Positions 38,325 to 47,618 of a stretch of DNA of 64,000 nt are shown piece by piece (position 1 is the first letter of the stretch; each line of letters begins with the position of its first letter). This DNA is from Candidatus Latescibacterota bacterium (lineage in GTDB: Bacteria; Latescibacterota; UBA2968; GCA-2709665). The translations under genes were made by a program, and so were the position numbers. The notes under the pieces were generated by a model that was not told the DNA's origin, did not search any database, and saw nothing but the letters and a program-made list of their open reading frames with translations. The stretch lies in NCBI GenBank assembly GCA_965222075.1, contig OZ244937.1:4416001-4480000 (forward strand), written 5' to 3'.

Positions 38325-39359
38325 ATGTCGCGTATACGACTTCTCAGTTTGACGATTGTCTTGCTGATGCCGTTCACGGCCTATGCGGGGAATAAACATT
38401 CCGACCTGTTTGAAGCGGTAAAGCTTGGTAACAAGGCCAAAGTGCAGGCCCTGCTGGAGGCCGGCGCAAAGCTAAAAAAAGCAAAGGACAAGCAGAAAAA
38501 AACCGCCCTGATGTGGGCCGCGGACCTGGGTCACACAGACATTGCGCTGATCTTGCTGGAGGCCGGCGCAAAAGTGAATGCAAAGGCCAAGGATGGTACT
38601 ACCCCCTTGCTGCTGGCCGCGCGTAGAGGCAACGCAGCCCTTGTAAAGGCATTGCTGGATGGGGGCGCACAGGTGAACGCAAAAAGCAAGGATGGCACCA
38701 CAGCCTTGATGGTCGGCCACAAAAACGTCGTTCAGATGCTGCTGGAGGCCGGTGCAGATGTGCTTGCGAAAAACAAGGATGGCGAAACCGCCCTGATACT
38801 GCCCACGCGCAGAGGCGAAACGGCCACCGTGAAAGCCCTGCTGGACAGGGGCGCAGATGTAAATGCGACCGCCAAGGATGGCGACACGGCCCTGATGTTA
38901 TCCGCGCTCAAGGGCGACATAGCCACAGCGGAAGTCTTGCTGGACAGGGGCGCAAACGCAAATGCAAAAAGCAGCAATGGCGAAACCGCCTTAATGACAG
39001 CGGCATGGAGGGGCCGCACCGACATTGTGAAGCGCTTGCTAAAGGCCGGTGCGGATGTAAACGCGAAAGACGCGTTTAGCGCAACGGCCCTGATGGGCGC
39101 AGCGGCGATGTATGACACGAGCAATGTGCGGACCTTACTCGATGCCGGCGCGGATGTCAATGCAGCCGACAACAACGGCATAACAGCCTTGATGAACGCA
39201 GTCACCAAGGGTCACACAGCCATCGTGCGCGTCTTGCTGGTGGCCGGTTCAGACGCAACTATGAAATCTAAGAGTGGGCGCACGGCTTTGATGATAGCGC
39301 AGGGCAGGGGCCACTTGGAAATCGTCCAGTTGCTCAAGGAAGCCGGCGTCAAAGAATAA
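38325..39359 (+). CDS. Secreted ankyrin-repeat protein (~9-10 repeats)
   Basis: Signal peptide; repeated G.TAL..A...G....V..LL..GADVNAK. Confidence 0.93.
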   Translation: MSRIRLLSLTIVLLMPFTAYAGNKHSDLFEAVKLGNKAKVQALLEAGAKLKKAKDKQKKTALMWAADLGHTDIALILLEAGAKVNAKAKDGTTPLLLAARRGNAALVKALLDGGAQVNAKSKDGTTALMVGHKNVVQMLLEAGADVLAKNKDGETALILPTRRGETATVKALLDRGADVNATAKDGDTALMLSALKGDIATAEVLLDRGANANAKSSNGETALMTAAWRGRTDIVKRLLKAGADVNAKDAFSATALMGAAAMYDTSNVRTLLDAGADVNAADNNGITALMNAVTKGHTAIVRVLLVAGSDATMKSKSGRTALMIAQGRGHLEIVQLLKEAGVKE

Positions 39360-39414
39360 CGCACGGCAGCCAAAACCATCCCAAACCGCACAGCCCCAGA
39401 AATTTACCCACCCT

Positions 39415-39546
39415 GGACGATTGGCTAACGCTTGCCTGCCTGCCGAGCATCCATCCGGCCTGCCTGCCGAGCAGAACTCGGCGCAGGCAGGCGCGGGCAG
39501 GTCTCCGGCGGGCTGGCGCCCGCCTCCGGCTCACAGGATCGTCTCC
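39415..39546 (+). repeat. Composite palindromic repeat, copy B, with nested 33-bp insert (39459..39491)
   Basis: Same as copy C plus an extra CCTGCCTGCCGAGCAGAACTCGGCGCAGGCAGG. Confidence 0.88.
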
Positions 39547-39599
39547 TCTCCCTGTCCTCTGCGTCTCTGCGGTGAGATTTTTTCAAACTGAGGCATACC

Positions 39600-40544
39600 A
39601 TGAAAGTTGGAATCGGTGCATTGGCCAATGTGCAGGCGACGGTTGACCGCTGCAAACAGCTCGGCGTCGAACGGGTCTTTCTCCGCTGCCCGTCCTTCCC
39701 CGGATACGAGAAAAACGGATATCCCGATCCGGCCTGCCTGCGGGAATTCAAAGACAGATTAGAAGCACAGGGAATCCAGGTCCCCAGCGCCACGTACTGG
39801 TTTGCGAAATGGCCGTCCAGGCCCTATCTGCGTGAGGGCGCAACGAACCCGGACGTTCTGTTGGCCCGTGACCGCCGCTGCATCGACGCGATGCTGCGCA
39901 TGCTCGAAATCCTGGGTGAAGTCGGCGTCACATCGGTCCTGCACTACGTTGACATCGGCAAACCCGCGCAGGCCGCGCAGGCCGAGGCCTGTTGGGAAGG
40001 CCTCATCGACATCTACCGCGAACTGATCCCGGTGGCGGAACGCTATCGGATCGGCATCGGCAATCACAGCCTCCACCGACTCTTGAAAGACGGCGTCCTC
40101 GGACAGGCGGTTGCGGCAGGCGTGCGCCTTGAAGACTACGGCAGGTATACGGCCGATGGATGGGGCGGTCCTTTTCTGGTGGGTACCTGGACGGAACTGG
40201 ACCGCCTGGTCAATGCGGTTCCCAGCCTAAGCAACGGCGTCACCCTGTGCACCGGCATGGATATCCCCGGCGGGGATGTACCGGCGCTGGTCAAAGCGTT
40301 TGCAGGCAAAATCCATTTCTGCCAGCTTCGAGATCATACGGACCGATGGCCTGCTGGCCGGGAAGTCCCCCCCGGCGAGGGCCGGGTCAACTTCCGCCCC
40401 ATCGTTGCTGCCTTGCAGGATGCCGGGTACCGGGGAATCGTCCATCCCGAACACCTGGGAAAACCCAGATATCCGGGTGAAGACCTGGAAGCGGCGGCCG
40501 TTGCCTATGTTCAATCCCTGTTGGGAGCATTAGGAAAGAGATAA
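39600..40544 (+). CDS. Sugar phosphate isomerase/epimerase TIM barrel (UxuA/AP-endonuclease-2-like)
   Basis: NGVTLCTG, KIHFCQLRD, GEGRVNF, GYRGIVHPEH. Confidence 0.75.
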   Translation: MKVGIGALANVQATVDRCKQLGVERVFLRCPSFPGYEKNGYPDPACLREFKDRLEAQGIQVPSATYWFAKWPSRPYLREGATNPDVLLARDRRCIDAMLRMLEILGEVGVTSVLHYVDIGKPAQAAQAEACWEGLIDIYRELIPVAERYRIGIGNHSLHRLLKDGVLGQAVAAGVRLEDYGRYTADGWGGPFLVGTWTELDRLVNAVPSLSNGVTLCTGMDIPGGDVPALVKAFAGKIHFCQLRDHTDRWPAGREVPPGEGRVNFRPIVAALQDAGYRGIVHPEHLGKPRYPGEDLEAAAVAYVQSLLGALGKR

Positions 40545-40772
40545 GTGGTAAAGTTTAAGCTCCACATCCTCATGGCAGAGAAAGGCCCCGGTCGTCCCTA
40601 TAAAATCTCCGAGATTGCCCGACTCACGGGTCTACAGCCCAACACCGTCTCTGGAATCTACAACAATAGGGCCCGGCGGATCGACCTGGATACAATCGAC
40701 ACCCTCTGCGCCGTCCTCAATTGCCAGCCCGGTGACCTGTTCGACTACCTGCCCGGCAGCCCCGCCGACTGA
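40545..40772 (+). CDS. XRE/Cro-C1 helix-turn-helix regulator
   Basis: ISEIARLTGLQPNTVSGIY...IDLDTIDTLCAVLNCQPGDLF. Confidence 0.88.
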   Translation: MVKFKLHILMAEKGPGRPYKISEIARLTGLQPNTVSGIYNNRARRIDLDTIDTLCAVLNCQPGDLFDYLPGSPAD

Positions 40773-40974
40773 CCCTTTCCACACAAGCCCGCAGTGCCTC
40801 TGTCCTGGAGGATATCAATCAGGACGTTGTGCGATATCGACTATCTGTCGGAATCCTGTTGAAAAAGCCTTGCATTTACAAAGAAGACATGCTACTATGA
40901 ACAGTAGAAAAACCCGGACCGGAGACCAGCTTCAGGCCCCAAGTCCCAAGATTCCATTTCACATCGAGGTTTTC

Positions 40975-42141
40975 ATGGTCGACTTTTACCATACCCTCTG
41001 GACCTATCCCTGGGACCTGACCGATGCGGGCCCCGAAGCCGTTGTTCGACGCCTCCGGGAAGAGATCGGCCTGGACGGCATGAGCCTTGCCTCGGCTTAC
41101 CACACCTTCAACATGCTCAGGCCCCATTCCAGGGATAAGCTCCTCCTGCAGATCCCCCAGTCCGCCGTCTATTTCCAGCCCCGGGCCGACCTTTATCGAG
41201 ATACCCCCATAAAGCCCCATGTCAGCCCCCTGATGGGCGCTGCCAACTGGTATGCCGATGCGGCCGAAGCCTGCGCAAAGGCCGGCCTCGACCTCATCGC
41301 CTGGACCGTTTTCCTTCACAACTCTTACCTGGCCGGGAAACACCCCGAGTGCGCCCAAGTCGCCTGTACTGGCGACATCAGCACCGCCAACCTCTGCCCG
41401 ACGAACCCTGATGTGCATGCCTTTGCAGTTGCCCTGGCCCGGGACCTGGTTCAGAACTATGGCATCGCCATCTTAGAGTGCGAGTCCCTCGCCTTCGGCG
41501 GGTTCGGCCACGCGCACTATCACCTCAAACACGGGGTTGATCCGGGGCAGGGAGGGCGCTTCCTCCTCGCCCTCTGCTTCTGCGACGCCTGTCGGGAGAA
41601 GGCCCGAAAAGCCGGCCTTGATCCCGACACCCTGGCCCGAACCGCCGAATCGCACGTTCGAGAGGCGCTTGGCTCGGGCCGTCCCCTTCGGGAAACACCC
41701 AATGAACTGAGCACAACCGTCCCGCAACTCGCCCGGTATGTTCGCATGCGTGAAGACACGGTCGCGGCCCTGGTTCAGGGCGTCCGAGAAGCCGCCGGGG
41801 TTCCCATCTCCTTCATCTTTATGGGAGACCGTCCCACAAGCGGCGCCGATCGGAAGCGGATTGCCGGGGGGGTCGATTACACAGAAATCCTCTCCTACAC
41901 GGCCGATCCCGGGCAAACCAGACAGGCTGTTTCCCGGCTCCTGCCCGACCTGCGGGCCCCCGATCAACTTCTGGTGGGCCTCCAGGCCTATCCCCCGGCC
42001 TCTCCCGATGCGGAAACCCTCCAGGCCAATGTCGAAGGGGCCGCGGGGCTGGGCATACGCCGCTTCTCGTACTACAACTACGGCATCATGCCCCCACCCA
42101 ACCTGGACTGGGTGCGGCAGGCCATAGGGACCGCTTTGTAA
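40975..42141 (+). CDS. Hypothetical TIM-barrel protein (glycoside-hydrolase-like)
   Basis: YPWDL, AYH, LCPTNP, CFCDAC cysteine motif, YYNYG; GAGGT RBS before ATG 40975. Confidence 0.7.
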   Translation: MVDFYHTLWTYPWDLTDAGPEAVVRRLREEIGLDGMSLASAYHTFNMLRPHSRDKLLLQIPQSAVYFQPRADLYRDTPIKPHVSPLMGAANWYADAAEACAKAGLDLIAWTVFLHNSYLAGKHPECAQVACTGDISTANLCPTNPDVHAFAVALARDLVQNYGIAILECESLAFGGFGHAHYHLKHGVDPGQGGRFLLALCFCDACREKARKAGLDPDTLARTAESHVREALGSGRPLRETPNELSTTVPQLARYVRMREDTVAALVQGVREAAGVPISFIFMGDRPTSGADRKRIAGGVDYTEILSYTADPGQTRQAVSRLLPDLRAPDQLLVGLQAYPPASPDAETLQANVEGAAGLGIRRFSYYNYGIMPPPNLDWVRQAIGTAL

Positions 42142-42280
42142 TTGAATATTGGCAGGCCTGTTGCGACGGGCACATCGGTGCGGAAAAGCCTGTTCAGGTC
42201 GTTGGAATAGACCGGAACACGCTCAGGGTCAAACAGGCCTGAATCACGCCCTGATCCACGGTAACGAAGGAGGGAATCCC

Positions 42281-43045
42281 ATGGAATCGTTCAACTGGTG
42301 GCCCGGAGCCCCGCTGCTGCTGCTGCTCTTCCTCATCCTCCTCGCCAGCGCCGTCCGCATCCTCCGAGAATACGAGCGGGCCGTCATCTTCCGTCTGGGC
42401 CGCCTCATCGGCGCAAAGGGCCCCGGGCTGATCCTCCTCATCCCCCTCGTAGACCGCATGGTCCGCGTCAGCCTGCGGGTCGTCGCCCTGGACGTGCCCC
42501 CCCAGGACGTGGTGACCAGAGACAATGTCGCCCTCAAGGTCAACGCGGTCCTCTACTTCCGGGTTATCCGCTCGGACGACGCCATTGTGCGGGTAGAAGA
42601 CTTCATTCAAGCCACATCCCAGATGGCCCAGACCACGTTGCGCAGCGTTGTGGGCGAACACGAATTAGACGATCTGCTGGCCGACCGGGAGCGGATCAAC
42701 CAGCAACTCCAGCGCATCATCGATGAGCGCACCGACCCCTGGGGCATCAAGGTCACGGCCGTAGAGGTCAAAGATGTGGACCTGCCCCAGGAGATGCTAC
42801 GCGCCATTGCCCGGCAGGCCGAAGCCGAACGGGAGCGCCGGGCAAAGGTCATCCATGCCGAGGGAGAGTACCAGGCCGCCGAACGGCTCACGCAGGCCGC
42901 ACAGGTTATGGCCCAGAACGCCGGAGCCCTTCAACTGCGCTACCTCCAGACCCTCACCGAGCTCTCCACAAACCAGGCGTCCACCATCGTCTTTCCCGTG
43001 CCCATCGACCTGCTCAGATCCTTCGGGGGCGGGGGGCAGGACTGA
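42281..43045 (+). CDS. SPFH/slipin (stomatin-like) protein
   Basis: [41 protein letters not shown]. Confidence 0.95.
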   Translation: MESFNWWPGAPLLLLLFLILLASAVRILREYERAVIFRLGRLIGAKGPGLILLIPLVDRMVRVSLRVVALDVPPQDVVTRDNVALKVNAVLYFRVIRSDDAIVRVEDFIQATSQMAQTTLRSVVGEHELDDLLADRERINQQLQRIIDERTDPWGIKVTAVEVKDVDLPQEMLRAIARQAEAERERRAKVIHAEGEYQAAERLTQAAQVMAQNAGALQLRYLQTLTELSTNQASTIVFPVPIDLLRSFGGGGQD

Positions 43046-43051
43046 ACACAG

Positions 43052-44149
43052 ATGGCGGATGCGCTTGTATACGTCGCCGGGGCGCTGGGCGCCTTCTACC
43101 TGCTCCTGGCCCTCGCCTTCTGGATCGGGCTGCACCGTCTCCAGCCCGGAAACAGCGCCGATTGTCCAACGGTCACCGTGGTGGTCCTGGCCCACAACGA
43201 ATCCCGGAACATCGATGCCTGCCTCCTGGCCCTCTCGGCCCAGGACTATCCATCCGACCATACCGAAGTCATCGTCGTAGACGATCGGTCCACAGACGAC
43301 ACCGCCTGCCGCGCTCGCCAGTGGGCCGGCCGCATCCCCGGCCTCCGGGTCATCTGTGTTGAACATCAGCGCTATCTGTGTCCCAAAAAGAACGCCCTTG
43401 ACCTGGGCATCCGCACCGGAAAGGGCGAACTGATCCTGGCCACCGACGCCGACTGTCGTCCGTCCCCCGGCTGGATCGCCTCCACCGTCCGCTGTTTTGC
43501 GCCCGATGTGGGCATCGTCACAGGCTACGCCCCCCTGATCTCCGCAGGCGGGATCTTACAGGGCCTGCTGGCCCTGCAGGGCCTCATCGTCTCGGCCCTG
43601 GCCGCCGGCAGCGCCGGCGTCGGCTTCCCGCTGACCTGTTCGGGACGCAACCTGGCCTATCGCCGGTCCGCCTTCAACGGTGTGGGCGGGTTCGAGGCCA
43701 TCGGCCACATCCTGGGCGGCGATGATGTCCTCTTGATGCGCCGGATCGCTTCCCGGACAGATTGGAAAGTCCGCTTCAACCCCGAAATCCGGCAGGGCGT
43801 ACCCTCTATCCCACATCCAGACAACCTCTTTCGCCGGCAGGTCCGGTATCAGTCCAAAGCGATCCACACCGGCATTCCGGTCTTGCTTCTGGCCCTTCCT
43901 ATGTATATATTCCATCTGATGCTGGCAGCGGGAGCCGTCGTTTCCTGGCGCCATCCCGCGTTCTGGCCGCCCCTGGGGGCGCTCCTGACGGCCAAGATCC
44001 TGGCCGACGGCCTCTTCCTGTGGACGGCGGCCTCCCGGTTCAACGTCCGGCGCACGATGGGCTGGTTCCCGGCCCTGGAACTCGTCGCGGTTCCCTATGT
44101 CATCCTGTTCTGCGCCCTTGGCGCCTTCAAACCTCTGCGGTGGAAATAA
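43052..44149 (+). CDS. Glycosyltransferase family 2, membrane-bound
   Basis: VDDRSTD, KKNAL, TDADC, GGDD, C-terminal TM helices. Confidence 0.9.
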   Translation: MADALVYVAGALGAFYLLLALAFWIGLHRLQPGNSADCPTVTVVVLAHNESRNIDACLLALSAQDYPSDHTEVIVVDDRSTDDTACRARQWAGRIPGLRVICVEHQRYLCPKKNALDLGIRTGKGELILATDADCRPSPGWIASTVRCFAPDVGIVTGYAPLISAGGILQGLLALQGLIVSALAAGSAGVGFPLTCSGRNLAYRRSAFNGVGGFEAIGHILGGDDVLLMRRIASRTDWKVRFNPEIRQGVPSIPHPDNLFRRQVRYQSKAIHTGIPVLLLALPMYIFHLMLAAGAVVSWRHPAFWPPLGALLTAKILADGLFLWTAASRFNVRRTMGWFPALELVAVPYVILFCALGAFKPLRWK

Positions 44150-44154
44150 GCCCC

Positions 44155-45213
44155 ATGCTCTCTCTGAAACTGCTTCCCAAAACGGTTCTGCGCTACCATC
44201 GCGCTCTCACTGTCCGGCGGGCCTGGAATGCGGCCAGGGTCGTCTCCTCCTTCGCCCTCTCCCGGCTGTTTAAACGGGACATCCAGATGGGCCGGCCTTT
44301 TGTCCTGATGGTGGAACCCACCAATATCTGCAACCTCAAATGTCCCCTCTGCCCCTCCGGCAACGGCGGCCTCACCCGCCCCCGCGGCACCATGGAATTC
44401 GAGGCCTTCCAGACCGCCTTCGAGGCGCTTGCCGACGACCTGCTGCTGCTGCTGCTCTGGAACCAGGGAGAGCCTTTTATCAACAAACGCCTCACCGACA
44501 TGGTCCGCCTGGCAGCAGCCCGCAACGTGCCTACCATCACCAGCACCAACGTCCACTACATCCGCACCCGTGAGGAGGCCGAAGACATCGTCGACTCCGG
44601 CCTGGACGAAATCATCCTCTCCTTGGACGGCGTCACCCCCGAATCTTACGTCAAATACCGTGTCGGGGGCAACTTCGACCGCGTGCTGAGGGGCATCCGG
44701 CTTCTCGTCCAGGCCAAGCGGGACCTGGGCGCCGACCACCCTGTCATCCACCTCCAGTTCATCATTATGAAACACAACGAATCCGAGATCGACGAGGCCC
44801 GCAGGCTGGCGGAAGACCTGGGCGTGGAACGGCTCTCGCTCAAAACTGCTCAGGTCTATACCAGGGATGAAGCAGACGTCTACCTCCCATCGGACAGACG
44901 CTTTAGCCGGTACCGCTCCGGCGCCGAAACCCTCACCATGAACGGCAAAATCACCAACTCCTGCCGGCACCTCTGGTACAGCACGGTCATCAACTGGGAC
45001 GGCGTCGTATCCCCCTGCTGCTTCGACAAAGACGTCCACTACGGCCTGGGCAACGTCCTCAACGGCCAGACCTTCGACCAGGTCTGGACCGGGAAGGCCT
45101 ACACCGACTTTCGAAATCACATTCTAAAAGACCGGGCATCCGTGCCCATCTGCAACAACTGCTCCGAAGGCCTCAAGGGCCTCTTCTACGACATTGAAGA
45201 GGTCAAGCGATAA
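44155..45213 (+). CDS. Radical SAM protein with SPASM/twitch domain
   Basis: CNLKCPLC (CxxxCxxC), GEP, C-terminal C.HLW...GVVSPCC.D...CNNC. Confidence 0.92.
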   Translation: MLSLKLLPKTVLRYHRALTVRRAWNAARVVSSFALSRLFKRDIQMGRPFVLMVEPTNICNLKCPLCPSGNGGLTRPRGTMEFEAFQTAFEALADDLLLLLLWNQGEPFINKRLTDMVRLAAARNVPTITSTNVHYIRTREEAEDIVDSGLDEIILSLDGVTPESYVKYRVGGNFDRVLRGIRLLVQAKRDLGADHPVIHLQFIIMKHNESEIDEARRLAEDLGVERLSLKTAQVYTRDEADVYLPSDRRFSRYRSGAETLTMNGKITNSCRHLWYSTVINWDGVVSPCCFDKDVHYGLGNVLNGQTFDQVWTGKAYTDFRNHILKDRASVPICNNCSEGLKGLFYDIEEVKR

Positions 45214-45246
45214 GCAGAATCGGGGCTCTTCAATCCGAAATTTTCC

Positions 45247-46380
45247 ATGGACCTGTTCACCTGGGCGCTCCTTGTCTCAACGGTGCTCTACACATGCGCC
45301 GCCACTGCCATTTTCATCGGGCTCTTTCAATGCAGAATGGGCGCCAGTAAGGCGCGCCCCTTTGTTTCGGTGGTCGTTGCCGCTCGGAATGAAGAGAACC
45401 ACATCGAAGGCTGCCTGAACCGGCTCGTCCGCCAGACCTATCCCGAGGATCGTTATGAAATCCTGGTGGTAGACGACGATTCGGACGACCGGACCCCCGA
45501 AATCGTCGCCCGGATTGTCGCCGCGCATGCCCCTGTCCGCTGCCTGTCGGTGGGAGATGCTTTTCCCCACATGGCAGCCAAAAAGCGGCCCCTGTCCGTT
45601 GGCATCCGGGAGGCCCGGGGAGAGATCATCCTGACTACAGACGCCGACTGCCAGGTGCCTCCCACCTGGATCGCTGGCATGGTCGCCTGCTTTGAACCCG
45701 ATGTAGGCGCCGTCATTGGATTTTCCCAGGTCAAGACACCCGGAAGCCCCTTAACGCCCTTCGAGCGTCTCCAGGGGCTTGATTTCCTGGCCCTCATGTC
45801 TGTTTCGGCCGGGGCGGCCAACCTCGGACTGCCCCTTGCCGCTTCGGGACAAAACCTGGCCTACCGGAAGGCCCTCTTCGAAGGGGTCGGCGGCTTTCGG
45901 ACAATCGCACACCGGTCCTCGGGAGACGATGTCCTCCTGCTCCAGTTGATGCGTCGAGCAAACAACGGTCGGATCGTCTTTGCGGTCCACCCCGAGACCT
46001 TTGTGAGCACCTGGCGTACAGAGTCTTTCGGAGGGTTCTGGCAGCAGCGCAGGCGGTGGGCCTCCAACGCCTTCTATCAACTGCGGTTGAACCGGCCCTT
46101 CTTCATCTACATCACCGCCGTATTCCTGGTGAACCTTCTGGCCCCTCTTGGCCTGGTCACAGGGATCTTTGCGGGCGGATGCCTCTTCCCCCTCGCATGC
46201 TGGGCGGCGAAGGCCGTTGCTGATCTGGCCGTGACCTGGAAAGGCGCCAGGACCTTTGGACGGAGCGATCTCCTGCCGGCGCTGCCCGCCTGGGAAATCC
46301 TCCAGGCCCCCTACACTGTACTGGTGGGCCTGGCCGGTAGTCTTACCGGCTTCACCTGGAAAGACAGGCAGTACCAGTGA
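45247..46380 (+). CDS. Glycosyltransferase family 2, membrane-bound
   Basis: ARNEE, VDDDSDD, TDADC, SGDD, QRRRW. Confidence 0.92.
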   Translation: MDLFTWALLVSTVLYTCAATAIFIGLFQCRMGASKARPFVSVVVAARNEENHIEGCLNRLVRQTYPEDRYEILVVDDDSDDRTPEIVARIVAAHAPVRCLSVGDAFPHMAAKKRPLSVGIREARGEIILTTDADCQVPPTWIAGMVACFEPDVGAVIGFSQVKTPGSPLTPFERLQGLDFLALMSVSAGAANLGLPLAASGQNLAYRKALFEGVGGFRTIAHRSSGDDVLLLQLMRRANNGRIVFAVHPETFVSTWRTESFGGFWQQRRRWASNAFYQLRLNRPFFIYITAVFLVNLLAPLGLVTGIFAGGCLFPLACWAAKAVADLAVTWKGARTFGRSDLLPALPAWEILQAPYTVLVGLAGSLTGFTWKDRQYQ

Positions 46381-46382
46381 GG

Positions 46383-46432
46383 AAATTGAAGATTTTTCAA
46401 TATTCAATTCTGGCAATATCCAATATTCAATT
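46383..46432. repeat. AT-rich heptamer-repeat element
   Basis: AATTGAAGATT ... TTCAATA TTCAATT ... TCCAATA TTCAATT within GC-rich context. Confidence 0.6.
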
Positions 46433-46436
46433 CTCC

Positions 46437-47579
46437 GTGGTGAGCAGGAATTTGATCTGGACACTCATCCTGTATTTCTGCCTGCTCACCGGCTCCGCAT
46501 ATGCCCAAAGACCCCGTGTCCGGGACCTCGGCATAAACATCGGCACGCTCTTACCCGGTCCCCACAACGCCATCACCGACGTCGCCGGGGTCCTGGTCGG
46601 CCATGTCACCCTCATCAGCGGCGAAGGCGAACTCGTTGTCGGCAGGGGTCCTGTGCGCACCGGGGTCACCGCTGTTCTGCCGCACGGAGACGACATCTAC
46701 CAGAACCAGGTCTTCGCCGCCGCTGATGTGCTCAACGGCAACGGCGAGATGACCGGCGTGGAATGGGTCAACGAACGGGGCCTGCTGGAAGTCCCGGTTG
46801 TGCTTACCAACACCCTCAGCGTGGGCACCGCCTACAACGGCGTGGTCGCCTACATGCTCAAACAGGACACCGACCGGGTGCCCCTCCCTGTCGTCGCGGA
46901 GTGTTACGACGGCGGCCTCAACGACATTGCCGGCCGGCACGTCAAAGAAGCACACGTTATCCAGGCCATCGAATCCGCCCGGGGAGGGCCGGTGCCCGAA
47001 GGGTCTTCAGGCGCAGGCACCGGCATGCGCGCCTACGGCTTCAAAGCCGGCATTGGCACCGCCTCCCGGGTGCTGCCCGAAGACCGGGGAGGCTACATCC
47101 TCGGCGTGCTGGTCAATGCCAACTGCGGCCGTCGTCCCGAGTTGCTTGTCGCTGGCCTGCCCGTGGGCCTGGAACTTGCGCTTCAAACGCCTTCCCGCAC
47201 ACGCGACGGTTCAATCATTATCCTGGTTGCCACCAATGCCCCGCTCATCCCCATCCAGCTCCGCCGACTCTGCAAACGGGCGGCCCTGGGCCTGGCGCGG
47301 ACCGGCACTGTCTCGCGCACCAGCAGCGGCGACCTTATCCTCGCCTTCTCCACGGCCCACCGTATTCCCCGCAACCGGGCGGCCCTGGACAGCGTGCGCA
47401 CCCTCCGGGACAGCCGCCTCACCCCCCTCTTCCAGGCCACCGTCGAGGCCACCGAAGAGGCCATCTTAAATGCCCTCTGCAGGGCCGATACCATGGTCGG
47501 CCGCGACAACAACACCATACCCGGCCTGCCCCTGGACTGGCTTGTTGAGGTCCTGAAACGACACGGCCGGATTAAATAA
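46437..47579 (+). CDS. P1 family (DmpA-like) aminopeptidase, signal peptide
   Basis: NAITDVAGVLVGH, NGNGEMTG, GAGTG, DG/SII autoprocessing site, SGD; start likely after the heptamer repeat. Confidence 0.9.
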   Translation: MVSRNLIWTLILYFCLLTGSAYAQRPRVRDLGINIGTLLPGPHNAITDVAGVLVGHVTLISGEGELVVGRGPVRTGVTAVLPHGDDIYQNQVFAAADVLNGNGEMTGVEWVNERGLLEVPVVLTNTLSVGTAYNGVVAYMLKQDTDRVPLPVVAECYDGGLNDIAGRHVKEAHVIQAIESARGGPVPEGSSGAGTGMRAYGFKAGIGTASRVLPEDRGGYILGVLVNANCGRRPELLVAGLPVGLELALQTPSRTRDGSIIILVATNAPLIPIQLRRLCKRAALGLARTGTVSRTSSGDLILAFSTAHRIPRNRAALDSVRTLRDSRLTPLFQATVEATEEAILNALCRADTMVGRDNNTIPGLPLDWLVEVLKRHGRIK

Positions 47580-47618
47580 GGCAAAGGGCGACCCGTTGGT
47601 CGCCCACGGAGATTCCGC

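Noticed and set aside
38044-39600. Integrative island at tRNA-Leu
   Set aside because: No integrase and no duplicated tRNA 3' end seen in the window.
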